NCBI GenBank assembly: GCA_026026165.1
Contig: JAPEUD010000015.1
Span: 1-64,000 of the forward strand
DNA: 64,000 nucleotides
From: Sarea resinae
Lineage: Eukaryota
Direction: 5' to 3'
Positions 11,352-26,033 of the stretch are shown in pieces. The position numbers and the translations under genes were made by a program. How positions within the stretch are numbered: position 1 is the first letter of the stretch; every line of letters begins with the position of its first letter. The notes below the pieces were generated by a model. The model did not search any database, was not told the origin of the DNA, and saw only the letters and a program-made list of their open reading frames with translations.

Positions 11352-12039
11352 ATGTCTACAACAGTCCGAACCGCTCTCGAAGAGGACTTCCTGGCTATGT
11401 ACAAACTGGATCTCGCAACCAACGCTACTCATCCTTTTTACGTTGTCCCATGGAAAGCTGCAAGTCCCGGGGCTTGTCAAGCTTTGATCTTGGACCGTTA
11501 CAGACATATTTACTACAGTCGCAACCCCGAATACACTTTCCTTGTCGCGATGGCTGGAGATGAAATCGTTGGCCATCTGTTCTATCGAAAAACCCCCAGG
11601 GAAGGGGAGCCGGATGAATGGAATCCTGACTTTGCTGACGGGACGAATTTGAGGTTTTTCGAAAAAGTCTTTGGAGAGGTTGAGGTAGCTAAGAAACAAC
11701 ATGATTTATCAGAGTGTTGGGGTACGTAATCCTTCTGAACGTTTGGCGTTTTAAGAAGGGTTCGTTCTGGGATAGGGACTGATGGTGGTTATAGAACTAG
11801 AGGGTTTTGCGGTTCATCCGAACTGGCAGCGCAAAGGGATTGGATCGATGTTGGTCAAGAAGTTTCTCGAGTCTGTCGATACCGCTCACGCAAAGTGTTA
11901 CGTGCATTCGTCGAGGATTGGGAAACCCTTGTATGAGAAATTGGGGTTCAAGATGATAGGAGTGGTGATGATTGATCTGAAAGAGTTCGGAGACTATGAG
12001 CCTTATACAACCTGGAATATGACGAGGGAAGCCGTATGA
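11352..12039 (+). CDS. GNAT-family N-acetyltransferase; intron 11722-11794
   Basis: Acetyl-CoA motif A AVHPNWQRKGIGSMLV and motif B GKPLYEKLGF; the two ORFs join in frame across a GTACGT...TAG intron. Confidence 0.9.
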
Positions 12040-12159
12040 AAGAGTGTATAAAAGAAAGCAGTTATCCGTTCATGTTTTTATACTTCATGATTGCTGGGTA
12101 TACAGAGTCTAGCACTTCTTCTCTGAATGGAGTCGCCCTCGATTGTCAAGTCTCTTCAT

Positions 12160-12890
12160 TCTGCTTTAGGAATGCTTTGTTATTTCTTGTGGACTTCAAT
12201 ACCTCCTGTTGATCTTTTTCCGATGTTCTAATTCCTCTTCTCTCTTTGACACTTTAAATCGTCACTCTCTGCGCTTTCGCCTCAGATATCTCCTCTTTGT
12301 CAAAGTTTGTCAGATTCTTCGCGTCTCAATCCCATCTTACTCACCATCGCCGCCAGCCTCACTCTCTCAGCTCTTAGCTCTCAGCTCATTCTCGTATATC
12401 TTCGCTTAATTATTCACCTAGACATCATCGAAGACCCTCCTAGGCGTGCACCAGAAAAGAATTAATCTGCCCTTGATAAGGCAGCCTCGAGCAGCATGCT
12501 TTCGGATTTGACCTTCACTTCCAAGGTTCTCTTCACCTAGAAGCGCGAAAATTTCTTTACATCGATCGTGTCATAGGAGCTGGAGCATTTTTGCGAAGGA
12601 CGTGAGTCTTGATAGAGTTCCAATCTGGAGTGTCAATTTCGTTTTCCTTTGCCTCTTCTAGCATCTCGTCAAAAAGCTACCTCCGTTCGTATGATGCAAG
12701 TGCTGTATAGAGAGATCGCTCGATCCGATCTTCGTGATATCCGACTCTTCGAGATATTGTCGACGTTATGGGTTTTGAGACAATGCTCTTCGTGCGAACC
12801 TAACACTTTTCTTATATATCTATTGATACTGTACCACTGGTATTGCTCAAGTATATCGAGAAGGAGACTTTCTGTATTTTTCATTTATTT
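12160..12890 (-). pseudogene. Heavily degraded coiled-coil-like coding relic, possibly transposase-derived
   Basis: E/K/R-rich minus-strand fragments broken by stops and frameshifts, next to TpA-rich sequence at 12900-13250. Confidence 0.25.
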
Positions 12891-13335
12891 CAATTCTCAG
12901 AATATTTCTAATTAGGTTTTGTTAGCAATTACATAGACTATGTATAGTATAGTTTAGCTAAAGGAACAGAGCTCTATACACTAGCAACTAAGACATGTAT
13001 AAAGAAGACTCTAAGGAAGTAATTCGTACCAATTGTACAGCTATAGCTTTGACACTCTGTGTTTACAAGCGTAATTTCCTGCTGGAAGTAGAACTGAGCT
13101 CCTTATATAAAAAGCCAGATAGAGACGTACATAGCTTTGATTGTAGTAGTACAATTATAGCAGATCTAATAACTTCTCTTGTTAGAAAGAGGTTATATCA
13201 GACACAGTCCTTAATTTTGTCTGCTACGAGTATATTTCAAAACATACAAATAATGTGTTGATACAAATCACGCAAGATACAATCATCTCTAAGCGTTTAT
13301 AGATTGTAGATAGGTCTAGTGTGTCGACTAGAAAG

Positions 13336-15548
<2,213 letters not shown>

Positions 15549-16324
15549 CCACGGACACTGGGAGCGAGCTTGGGCGGAAAAATAAAGACGGTTGACTGGG
15601 AACTACCTTAGGGGTTGGTAAACCGTTGCACCACCTACCCGATGGATATGATAAGAAACTATATCGAATCCTGGAAATGCGGGACTTCGACCGCTGGATC
15701 TAAAGCTGAGATAGAGGAGATCGCAATGATTGTATGGTGCGAGAAGTATAGTACAGAGTAGAGAGAACAGCAAATACTATTATTGTTGCTCCTAAGACTT
15801 GGAGATCGGAGGTCGAAATATTGATCGCAGGGCAGTATGGAAATTATGTCGTCATCCGCTTTGCAGGAGAAGGTTACCTAGTGTAGTACGCAGTAAAGTA
15901 CTGAACCCAAGTGAATACTTCGCATCTCAGTATTGTTAAGCTGCAATGCAGCGTGATACCACGGCTATGGGAACTTACGTCGATGTATCTATCTGACCTT
16001 CGCGTAGATCCATCTCTCCCCGCTTGCTCGGCTTCCAGTACTCCGGAATAGATCGAAGGTACAGGTAACCAGGTACCTATTTCCGGAGTAGTATTGATGT
16101 AGATGATGTTATCGATGACAACAGCTCCACTCGGAGTACTCTGCTGCATAGAGTATTAAAGTGTTAGTTATGCCTCCCTTCTACCAAACGTCACCTACTC
16201 CACATCATAGGCCAGGGCAAAACCCCAGTGACCTCGAACAGCATCGTAGTTCCTTATCTGCCATCGTCAGCGCCACTACCGGTACTACTGACGAGTGAGC
16301 AACTCTGGAAGTAAACAAACCGGC

Positions 16325-17388
16325 ATGGCGAAACTCGTCGAACAAATCCCCTCATTGAAGCTGAATGATGGCCATTCAATCCCGGTCGTGAGTCTGACCT
16401 CAGGACATTGATCATCTGCGCATGTTAATGAAGAGTCACGGCGCAGCTTGGGTACGGGACGGGCACTGCTTGGTACAAATCTGTCGACGATGGCAAGCTG
16501 GATCGCCCATTGATTGATTCGATCAAAACGGCCATCAAGCTGGGTTACTACCATCTTGATGGCGCTGAAGGTGACCATCGAATGCTACTTCTCCTTGAGC
16601 CCATCATTAATGCTACTCTAGTCTACAATACTGAATCTGAGCTTGGTGTTGCCATCAAAGAAAGCGGTGTGCCCAGAGAGAAGCTGTTTGTCACGACCAA
16701 GGTCTACAACGGTATCTCTGACATACCAAAGTCATTCAAGGCCAGCCTCTCCAAGCTGCAACTTGATTACGTGGATCTGTATGTCTCCGGTTTCCCAATA
16801 TTCGTCGTACGCAACAGCGACTTACTTTTGCCCCATTTCAGTTATCTCATCCACGCTCCATTCTTCGCCAAATCCGATGCCGAGCTACAAGAGGCATGGG
16901 CCGAATTAGAGAAAATTAAGGAGTCTGGGAAAGCCAAGTCCATTGGCGTATCAAACTACCTGAAGCAGCACCTTGAGCCCACCATCAGGACGGCTAAAGT
17001 GGTACCTGCCATAAATCAGATTGAATGCCATCCATACCTTCAGCACAAAGGTCTCCTCGATTACCACAGGGAGCACGGTATCTTAACGGAGGCTTATGCG
17101 CCGTTAACTGCTGTCACAAAAGCTAAGCCGGGACCAGTCGATGATGTTTTTAGTTTTTTGTCCAAAAAGTATTATGTGAGCGAAGGAGAGATTGCATTAA
17201 AATGGTGTATCGATCAAAATATCGTACCAATAACGACAAGTGGCAAGGAAAGCCGGCTGTCAGATTACCTGCGTGCTATGACATTCGAGCTGAATCCCGC
17301 TGAGATCCAGCGCATCTCTGAGAAGGGTGAAGAGAAGCATTACAGGGGGTTTTGGACTAAACAGTTCGATCCGAAAGATAAATCTTGA
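16325..17388 (+). CDS. Aldo-keto reductase (NADPH-dependent ketoreductase)
   Basis: LGYGTGTAW, GYYHLDGAE-VYNTE, LFVTTK, LYLIHAP, KSIGVSN, NQIECHPY; three introns. Confidence 0.93.
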
Positions 17389-18004
17389 AGGCTGCCCAAT
17401 TTTGGGTAAGGTGTCCCAGGCTTGCTAGATATGCTATATTTGATTTTAAGTACAGTGTAGAAAGATAGATAAAATGAAAGCTTTGTTGAATATAAGATAG
17501 TCCCGTGTCGGCATCATTGCATAATGACTTGGAGGTGACGTCCTTGACCTGCCGACTCCGCCCATTTGTAGCATCTACTTGGCGAGACAGATCCTCTGAA
17601 TTATTCGTGTTTTTCAATATTTGAGCGATAGTTCCAGCGAGAGTAAAAATGGAGTGATATTGTGGTGAATCGGGTTGGAAATGCTAGCAATAGCCACACG
17701 CATCTCCAGTTCCTTGAACACTGCTTGAACGAGATCACATACGGAGAACACTACCTGAATACATTGCGGCTTTACGTCAGACGTCAGTAGTAGAATTGAT
17801 AAGCAAGGATGCTTTTCTTATTGCATATTGACATCTTGTGGACATCCTGGAAAACCTGAGAAATTTGAAAATCATATCATATTCCCCATCACTAGAGATC
17901 TAAGTAGTCCTGAGATCACGTTGTCAGAAGATGTTTGATCGATCCGATCAGACTCAGTTGGCAGCCTTGTGTCCGGCCAGGAACAACCATGCAAGTCCAA
18001 CGCC

Positions 18005-19339
18005 TTAGTGCTTAGCAGTAACCTTTTCGCCAGTAAGCTTCTCGACAGCCTCTTTCGCCCTTTTAAGCGGTTCATGTCAGTCAAAATCAACTTGAGGAAC
18101 TCATAGAATATTCGATGAGTCCGGTGAGAATACTCACATGTCGCCTAGCGCAACCATGCAGACTGTTTGCCAAACGCCCAATCCAATTCGAGGTGCAACG
18201 CCCCGGTATAAACCCTTAACGCCGTTGCTCGAGTAGATGTACTTTAATGTCTTCCCCACGGTCAAGTTCTTGGGCCGATTAGGGTCATCCGTCTTGCTCT
18301 GCATCTCAACCCGGATCACCTCGATTGGCTGATTCCAAGCACTGAGGCCTCCACCGAGGCCACTAGCCAGGATCTTCTCAAATGCTCCGAGTTTCTGTCC
18401 TTCCTCCTTCTTAGTCACCTTTCTGATGGCTGACTCCGCCAGTCTTGAAAGTCCGAAGCGCGAGCCCCAATTCGTCGTTTGGCGGATAGCAACAGCATTA
18501 ACGCCTTTGTTGATTCCACGAATTCCCTCTTTACGGTAGATATCCATGAAAGTCTGGAATGTACCGGGCGGTTTGACACCTTGAGCTGCAATTTTGTGCT
18601 TCGTGATTTCGACCGTCTTCATGCAAGTGCAGAAGCCCATGGTGGCGTACGCTTGAGCGACCCCGCCAGTCATGCCACCCGCAATGCCGCCCAGGAAATC
18701 AGAAGCGCCAAATGACTTTGCGTAGTATTCAGCTTCTGATGCGACGAAGAGCAGAACTGCTCCCTTGGTAGAAGCTTCAATCCAAGCCTAATATATTCAT
18801 ATGATTAGATAGGGGTCCTTGAGCGGTCGATGAGAGTATTTATACCCATGGGATTAACCCTTGATAGTCTGGATAGAGTCGATATATTAGTGAGTTGAGA
18901 CTCTAGCTTAAAGTATTGTAATGCTGTTTCCCTTGAACTTACAGCCCAGAATTCCACCACGGCCCCAGATTCTACCCATGGCTCCAGCGAAATTGTCAAC
19001 TCGATTGGCCGCCATGGTGGTCTTGATCACTTCCAAAGGCTATCACGCATAACAATGAGCTTTGATTCATGGCACCGAGGTTCCAGTCGAAAATACCTGT
19101 CCCAGGGTGGTGACTCTGTCATGTTCATTAGAATGTTATCCCAGCTGCAACACCACCCATGACTTACTCAAACATGTTCAGACCTGCGCCCACTGTACAA
19201 GCACCGAGTCAGCAAAGTCAAACTAGTTTTGAAAGTCGCAGGCGAGGATCAGTGATTCAAACTTACGCAACAAATTACTGAACTTCACCGGCTTCTTTTC
19301 GAGCACCACCGGTGTGGTGGCTGATCCAGTGGCGGACAT
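18005..19339 (-). CDS. YHM2: Mitochondrial citrate/oxoglutarate carrier (Yhm2/YhmA)
   Basis: Spliced [87 protein letters not shown]. Confidence 0.95.
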
Positions 19340-20801
19340 GATGCCTTTTCGGTGTTCAAGAAGGGGCCCTGACCAAGGGATAAGGACGCTTCGTCGCTGA
19401 AAAGTGGATGGTCAAAAGACGAGGTTTGGGGATAGAGAGTAACAGAGGAATCACGATCAACTGGACGTGGTCAAGTGGAGGGAAAAGAAGCGTAGGAGGC
19501 ACTGCGGGAGCCGTTGTTGATCGGAGGTATTAGGAGAGATTATTATCTTGCAGTGGTTACTCGGTCGCTACGTGTACTTCGTACGAAGTAACTTATACCT
19601 ACATAGGTACACAGTAGTAGCTCACAAGCATATCGGGGATGAAAATGATAAAGTTCTGTCTCGTAGGTACTTTACCCTACTCTACTCTACTCGTACCGTA
19701 ACGAGAGGATCTGCAGCTGCAGCGAGCAGCACACGAGCCGACGATCATTTTGAATAGCGGAGCAGGACGGGGAGATGTCTGAGGCACAGCAGGATATCAG
19801 ATCAATCGATGTGCAGATCAAGGGTTTATTTACTACCTAGGGTATCTAACTACATCTGTGTCGGATGAAGTACGAAGTACATAAATGGGTAAAGCGTAGC
19901 CACCTTCACAGACAGGCCCTCTCTAACAACGAAGACTCAGTAAAAATGACGATATGATCGCATAGGTAACTATTGAGCTTCTAGCTCTTGAGCTTCTTAT
20001 CAAGCTGATCTATAACGCAAGTACTTTGGTAAGCACGAGGATAGGTATTAATGAATACAATTCGTACTTAGTGTACAGCCCAGGTGATGACTGGTCATGG
20101 TGTTGTGGCACCTTAGCAGCTGGGGAGAGCTGCTATCCAGGAGCTAAGGTAGGTGGGTACCTAGTAGGTAAATTGTTGAAGTCGAGTAGCACTACTAAGG
20201 TAGGTAGGTAGGTAGGTATGTAAGAACCTTTGAGGTTGAGAAGCAATGGTGTACTACGTAGTACTCCGGAGTACGGTAGTACTAAAATGCAAGCACTATC
20301 CGTACTTCTTCGTAAGTCGGTACAGATACTCTACTGTACCTAGGGTACGAACATTCAGGGTTACGGGTGGTCCCTGTCTCCCGCTGCCTCAACCAACCAG
20401 GCCTGCTATGTAAATAGCATGTACTTCATACTCTACTACCACATCCAGAACGAAGTAGGTGCGGATAAACCTGTATTATCGTCATACTATGTGAGGTATG
20501 TGATGGCTCGACAGTGGTGGGTGGAACTTGCTTCAGCTGCTTCGTAAGACGGAAAAAGCAAGGAGCAGTATTTTGTTTTCTTATTTCTCTTCCAAGGGTC
20601 CTCGTCCTGTCGATCCTTCGTCCGAGTACCAGCAGAGAGGTATGTACGGAGTGCCAACCCCCACGGCTCAATCCCCCACGGCTCGAGGCTCGGAGGGCCC
20701 TTCAGCCGCACCAAATCTCATTCTCCACCCCCAACCTCTTTGCAGCTCTGCCAGCCAGTGCACTCCCAGCCCAACTACGGAATAGCTCAGGAAGCTTCTT
20801 T

Positions 20802-21311
20802 TCAACATTTTGATCGCATTACTTGGTAGGTATTGTACGCCCAGGTACGGGTACTAGTCCTTACTACTGTGTCCGAGGTTTGTATCCTAGAAACTCGCTG
20901 TACACTTTCGACTGTATTGTAGAAATCTTCGTATGAGCTGTCGAGCACTTTGCTCGCCGAACGTTTGCTACGCAAAATGTCAAGTTCCGTTTCGGTGAAA
21001 AACAAAACATGATGTTGCAGCGAAAGATCTGCAGTCCTAATTACTCCAAGGAGTGTGGACACAAGATCGACCATTCTCACCTCCTCAACCGAGGTTAAGG
21101 TTTGAATACAAAGTTGATCCGTCAACCAAGCCCCACAAAACTCGTCCCCGGTCCGCCAGATCGAAATTGTATTGTGAGGTCGTATCCTCAACAAGTTGCA
21201 CAAAACAATTTGTCTAAGATCGAGCGCAGGTTCTGGGACTGCAAAATAGTACCAAATCAACACTTTCGTAGTATTGAGAAAGTTGGGCCTGACAAACTGT
21301 AACCCTCGCAT
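20802..21311 (-). pseudogene. Unrecognised ORF in accessory island, likely a fragment of a decayed gene
   Basis: 169-aa ATG-initiated ORF with globular-like composition next to a RIP-like tract (21380-21655); no recognisable motif. Confidence 0.3.
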
Positions 21312-21634
21312 GATATTTTCGATGATTGATATATCTTGTTACATCAGGCATTCACCCGCTGGTTGAACCTTTATATGTTAAGGTCGACAAGGTAAAATAC
21401 TAATCCTACAAATATAGTCTTAAATTCATATACAGGTCTAATACCAAGACTTTAGTCTAATATATGATTAAATATAGTAGGTATTATACCACCTTAGACC
21501 AATATTACGTCGGAGTAGAATATACTGCTAAAAGATCTAAGACCAAGCACACTTTAGGATAAGCCCATATCAAAGATTCTGTAGAACACATAGTACGCTC
21601 TAATTAAAAAGAGATATAATGTGAACAGCACTAC

Positions 21635-21736
21635 TATATAATTGGCAAATACATATAACCCGGACGAGCCTGTTCATACTAGTCTTTTTGGAGCACGTAG
21701 GAACAGGTTTGCCTATTTTCTGGACCATACATATAA
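21635..21736. repeat. Dispersed ~100-bp structured repeat, copy 2
   Basis: Matches 11033-11137 in the same orientation. Confidence 0.85.
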
Positions 21737-21749
21737 CAAGCTAACAATG

Positions 21750-23040
21750 CTTGCCTTTGACACCGTGGACCGCTTCGAGATGATGTATTAGATCCTTGTC
21801 CGACATCAGGGGATCGTCTTGACAGAGGACGTGGGTAGTCAGAGATGCCGCTGGTGCGGTGCAGTATCGAATTTTCCCACGTTTCGGAAGAGAAAAAAGT
21901 GTATGATAGCGCGGGCTCTGAGTCGATACACTTCGGAGGACTGTATTTGCCGCCGTTCCAGGAGAGCCTCATATCCATGCTCAAGTTTGCATCATGGAGT
22001 ACAAACGGATTGGAAAGAATTATGACCATGCTTTCTTGGACCCATGCGCCGTTATAGCCGTATCCTTTGCTGAGTTTGAAGGCCTCCGGCAGATGCTCCG
22101 CGAAATGTGCATCTTTCGTACTTGCATCTAGGATATCGATGCCATGATCTTCGCAATATGGGCAGAAGAAGACTAGATGGTTGTGGCTCTCTAATTTGCG
22201 ATAAAACCATGTTCGACACTCCAATGGTCGTCTAGATATCGTCGATTGTCGAATGGCGGCTTATTGTCAACACAGTCTCTATGGTGACAATTTAGTTTGG
22301 CCCTCATCTTTACCACATGTTTATAGATGCCTAGCTATCTGTCCGAGGGTACGATGCTCGTTACATGACTCATCACGTATTGGCAGCGACTCGAATGCGC
22401 ATCCATCGTGTGATGCATCCTCGATCGATTTCTTCCATATCTCGTAAGCTTTGTCAAGAGCAAATTTCTTTTCGAACAACCGGCCATGGCTCTGTAAGCT
22501 TTCGCGCCGTGATCTATGCCACAGAACCTACACGTATCTGTACCAGGGAGAGGTATCCACTTTGCCGGGAAACGATCAACGGAACACTTCATACTGTAGA
22601 AAGGGCGACAGATGCTCTCCAGCTCTACTGCAGTCATGTTCCCATTATGATTCGTGATGTCATCATACATAGTTGAAAAGGGAGCATTCCTTGGGATGAC
22701 ATGTCTGACGGAGCCGGCCTTGAATATTTGGCCTACTCTCAGGACGCTATGTAGTGGGTAAGTAATCTCATTAATGGTGGCCTCATCATTGCCATGGACA
22801 GGATACATATGCTCATCATATGGATTCATCCTCATTTTTATCGCAGTCGCTTTGATCCGTGTCTGATTCGTAACCGGCGTCGAGATTGGAATGGCCCATT
22901 CCCTTTGGCTGTTCTACTTGACCCTGACCGTTCCCTGAGAGATGCTCCACGTTTTCCCCCAGGATTCCACGTGCCACTGGATAGTATTTTTTTGGCGTAC
23001 GACTGTTCGAACGCGGTGGTCATGACTGAAGGACACTTGC
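21750..23040 (-). pseudogene. Frameshifted multi-zinc-finger gene relic resembling the C-terminal region of DUF3435 (Starship captain-type) proteins
   Basis: Across frames: acidic linker (LDAGYESDTDQSDCDKNEDE), PLPGTDTCRFCG, a C2H2 finger CHHRDC-x15-H-WSVE-H, and FFCPYCEDH...HFAEHL...NPFVLHDANLSMDMRL. Confidence 0.45.
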
Positions 23041-23095
23041 TTTTCATTTGTTTTTCATATCATGGATGTCCGGATTAAGAATGCCTCCTAAAATA

Positions 23096-23227
23096 AGCTT
23101 GGCGGTCCAAACGGTCCAGTCCATGCAGTCTATGGGTCCAGTCCAAGGGCCATGGACCGACTACTTATTTCATTTGGACCGTTCGGACCATTTGGACCGA
23201 TGGACGGACAGACCCTTGGCAGCACTG
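23096..23227. mobile_element. Short fold-back (MITE-like) element with GGTCC/GGACC arrays
   Basis: The left half has GGTCC/AGTCC repeats and the right half the complementary GGACC repeats. The right end reads CAGTGCTGCCAAGGG on the minus strand (hAT-like terminus). Confidence 0.5.
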
Positions 23228-24285
23228 CTTTGTGGACATGCCCTTGGAATAATATGGTTGTAGAGAAAGCCAACATATCACACTTGACACATAGATATGA
23301 CGAAAGAGACCACTTACGAGGCATTTCGTGAATGGTTTCTGAGTTTAATCTGGATTTGTGCTGGATGGTTGTGGTCTTGGTCAGAAAAGATGGCATAGCA
23401 CAAGCCAGGCGACACGGCGATGTAGACTGTGTCGTTGGCTGAAACGAAAGATGATGACTCCCGTCTCAAGAGTACCAATCGAGTGCCGCGGAGATGATGC
23501 TGATCGTCGAAATTTCCCAACTAAAAGGAAGCGCTCCCTTAAGGAGCTTTCGGTTGTTCGGGTGCATATTGGAGTTCGACACTGATGATATTGTGTGGCT
23601 AAGATGTTGTAAGCCGTCCTTCTGGTGATGACATCAGAGAGACGAGGGCGTAGGGAGTGAATGAGGATCATGAGCTTATGATGGTGATATGCTGACAAAT
23701 TTCTGAGTTGCTCTCTATGCGTAGAAGATTTGATGTTTTCCTCGAGGTCTGAGATGGCCTTGCTCGGTAGAGGTTTTTGGATTGATGAGGATAAGAGATT
23801 CAGAGATGAGGTGTAGTCTTGATGATGAGTCTGAGATAGTGTTGCTGGGTCGAGGTCTTTGAATCGATGATGATAAAATACTCAGTAGAAGAGGTGATAG
23901 GGTATAGTCTCTGATGATTCTGAGACTGCCCTGCTAGGCAGAGACTCTTTGATAACTCTAAGATGATGATAGAAGATCCAGCATAAGCTAAGGTATAGTC
24001 TCTAGGATAGGTAGGTTTTGAAGTGACAGGGCATGATAGAAGTTTCGGCAAAGTGAGATATTCTTCATGATGAAAAATAGCAGAAGTCACGCGGCTCCTA
24101 CTCTTACATGACCGAATTCAATCAAGCCCGAGCATTTACTCGAATCCATACGATGTCAGATTAGAAAATTAGAGATTTCACATAAACACACGCATCCGCA
24201 AGATTGATTACAGATATGAGAGCCAAAGTCCGCTTTCTCCACCTTCTTTAGGTCCTACCAATCCTTGAAACTTCATAAGTCTCCC

Positions 24286-26033
24286 CTACAAAGTGGCGCC
24301 AACCAGCTTCGCATATGCGTCGGTGCTGAATGATTTCGGCCGTTCGATTGGCATCCCAACCGCGCGGTCGATGATTAACTGGGGTAACACTCCTAAGGCA
24401 CGAGACACCCCGAAGAGAACCGTGTAGTAGCTTGCCTCTGTCAATCCATAATACTGAAGAATGACACCGCTGTGACTATCCACGTTGGGATAAGGATTTT
24501 TTGTCTTGCCGTGCTCAGTCAGAACCTTGGGAGCGATCTTGTAGACTTGGCTGACGAGCTTGAACATGGGATCGTCGGGAAGATGCTGCTGGGAAAACTC
24601 GCGCTGGGCGATGTAACGGGGATCGGTCTTGCGAAGGACGGCATGGCCATAGCCGGGGATGACTCTACCAGCCTTCAAGGTAGACCATAGGTAGTCGGTG
24701 ACGGCTTGATCGCTGAGATCATTGCCGATATGTGACTTCATCTGTTGAAGCCAGAGGAGGACTTCTTGGTTAGCCCTATATGTTTGTCAGCCGAGGTTGT
24801 GTTAAAGAATTGCATTAGTCTCACAATCCATGAAGAGGTCCAGCAAGGCCATTCAGGCCAGCAGCGAGAGAGAGCATGGGAGAGCTCAGAGCACTGCCGA
24901 CTAGATGAGTAGTGTGCGCACTGACGTTTCCACCCTCGTGATCGGCGTGGATGGTGAGGTAAAGTCGCATCAATTCCACAAACTCATTGTTCTCGGCGTA
25001 TCCAAGCTGGTTTGCAAGATTGAAAGAGTAGTCCTTGTCCTTTTGCACAGGCGCCACCTTGCCATCCTTGAAGACATTTCGGTAGATCTTAGCAGCAATG
25101 GTTGGAAGCTTGGCAATCAAGTCCATGGAATCCTCAAAGGTGTACCCCCAGTAGTCCTTCTTGTTGATGCCTTTGGCGTAAGCCTTGGAGAATGCGGACT
25201 CATGCTCGAGGGCTGTGATGGCGAGGGAGAACTGGGCCATAGGGTGAAGGTCGCTTGGGCAGCGGTCAATGATTTCCTCGATGAATTTGGGAACGTCAGA
25301 TCGGGCAGCCCATTCTGCGGACAGGTCCCGGACCTGCTGCTCCGAAGGAATTTCACCGGTCAACAGAAGCCAGAAAAGACCTGTCGGAACTGGTCAGTCG
25401 AACGGTATGTCAACAAACAGACGGTCTTTACAGACCTTCTGGGAGAGGCTCTTGTCCACCAGGGACTTTGGGCAGTAGATCCCGGCACTCTGGAATCTTC
25501 GCACATGTTAGAGAAACTGAGGGTGGAAAGATTGTAATCGAAACTCACGGTCTTTCCTCTGAAACGGATACCCTCATCTGGATCAAGGACAGAGCCCTGC
25601 TGAGTGTTAGCTTCGGAACAGGAAATGCTTGAGGCTCGAGCTACTGACCTCCCATACGAGGGACTTGATGCCACGAGCACCTCCATAGACTTGATCCAAA
25701 GTGACTTCGCCCACGACCTTTGAGCCATAATCTCTGCAGCAATTCCGTCAGTGAGATCATCAAGATAGAGCTGAGCGTCTTCGCACTCACTTTTTTAGCT
25801 TCTTGACCTTCTCGATCTCCTCAGGGACCTTCTCCGCAAAGCGCTCTTTCAACGTCTGCACAGGCAAGCGTCAGTGTTCCAGATTTTGAAGTTCATACCA
25901 AGTCCCAGCCTACCTGTGTCTTAGCTGAAGAGTAGCACCGCAGTCCGTTGAAGGCAATCCTCCGTGCAGGAGAGGTAGTAGCAGTCACGGAAGAGCGCAG
26001 GGCACTCGCGCCGATGCGTAACGAGGAAGCCAT
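24286..26033 (-). CDS. CIT1: Citrate synthase, mitochondrial
   Basis: [87 protein letters not shown]; presequence [15 protein letters not shown]. Confidence 0.98.
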
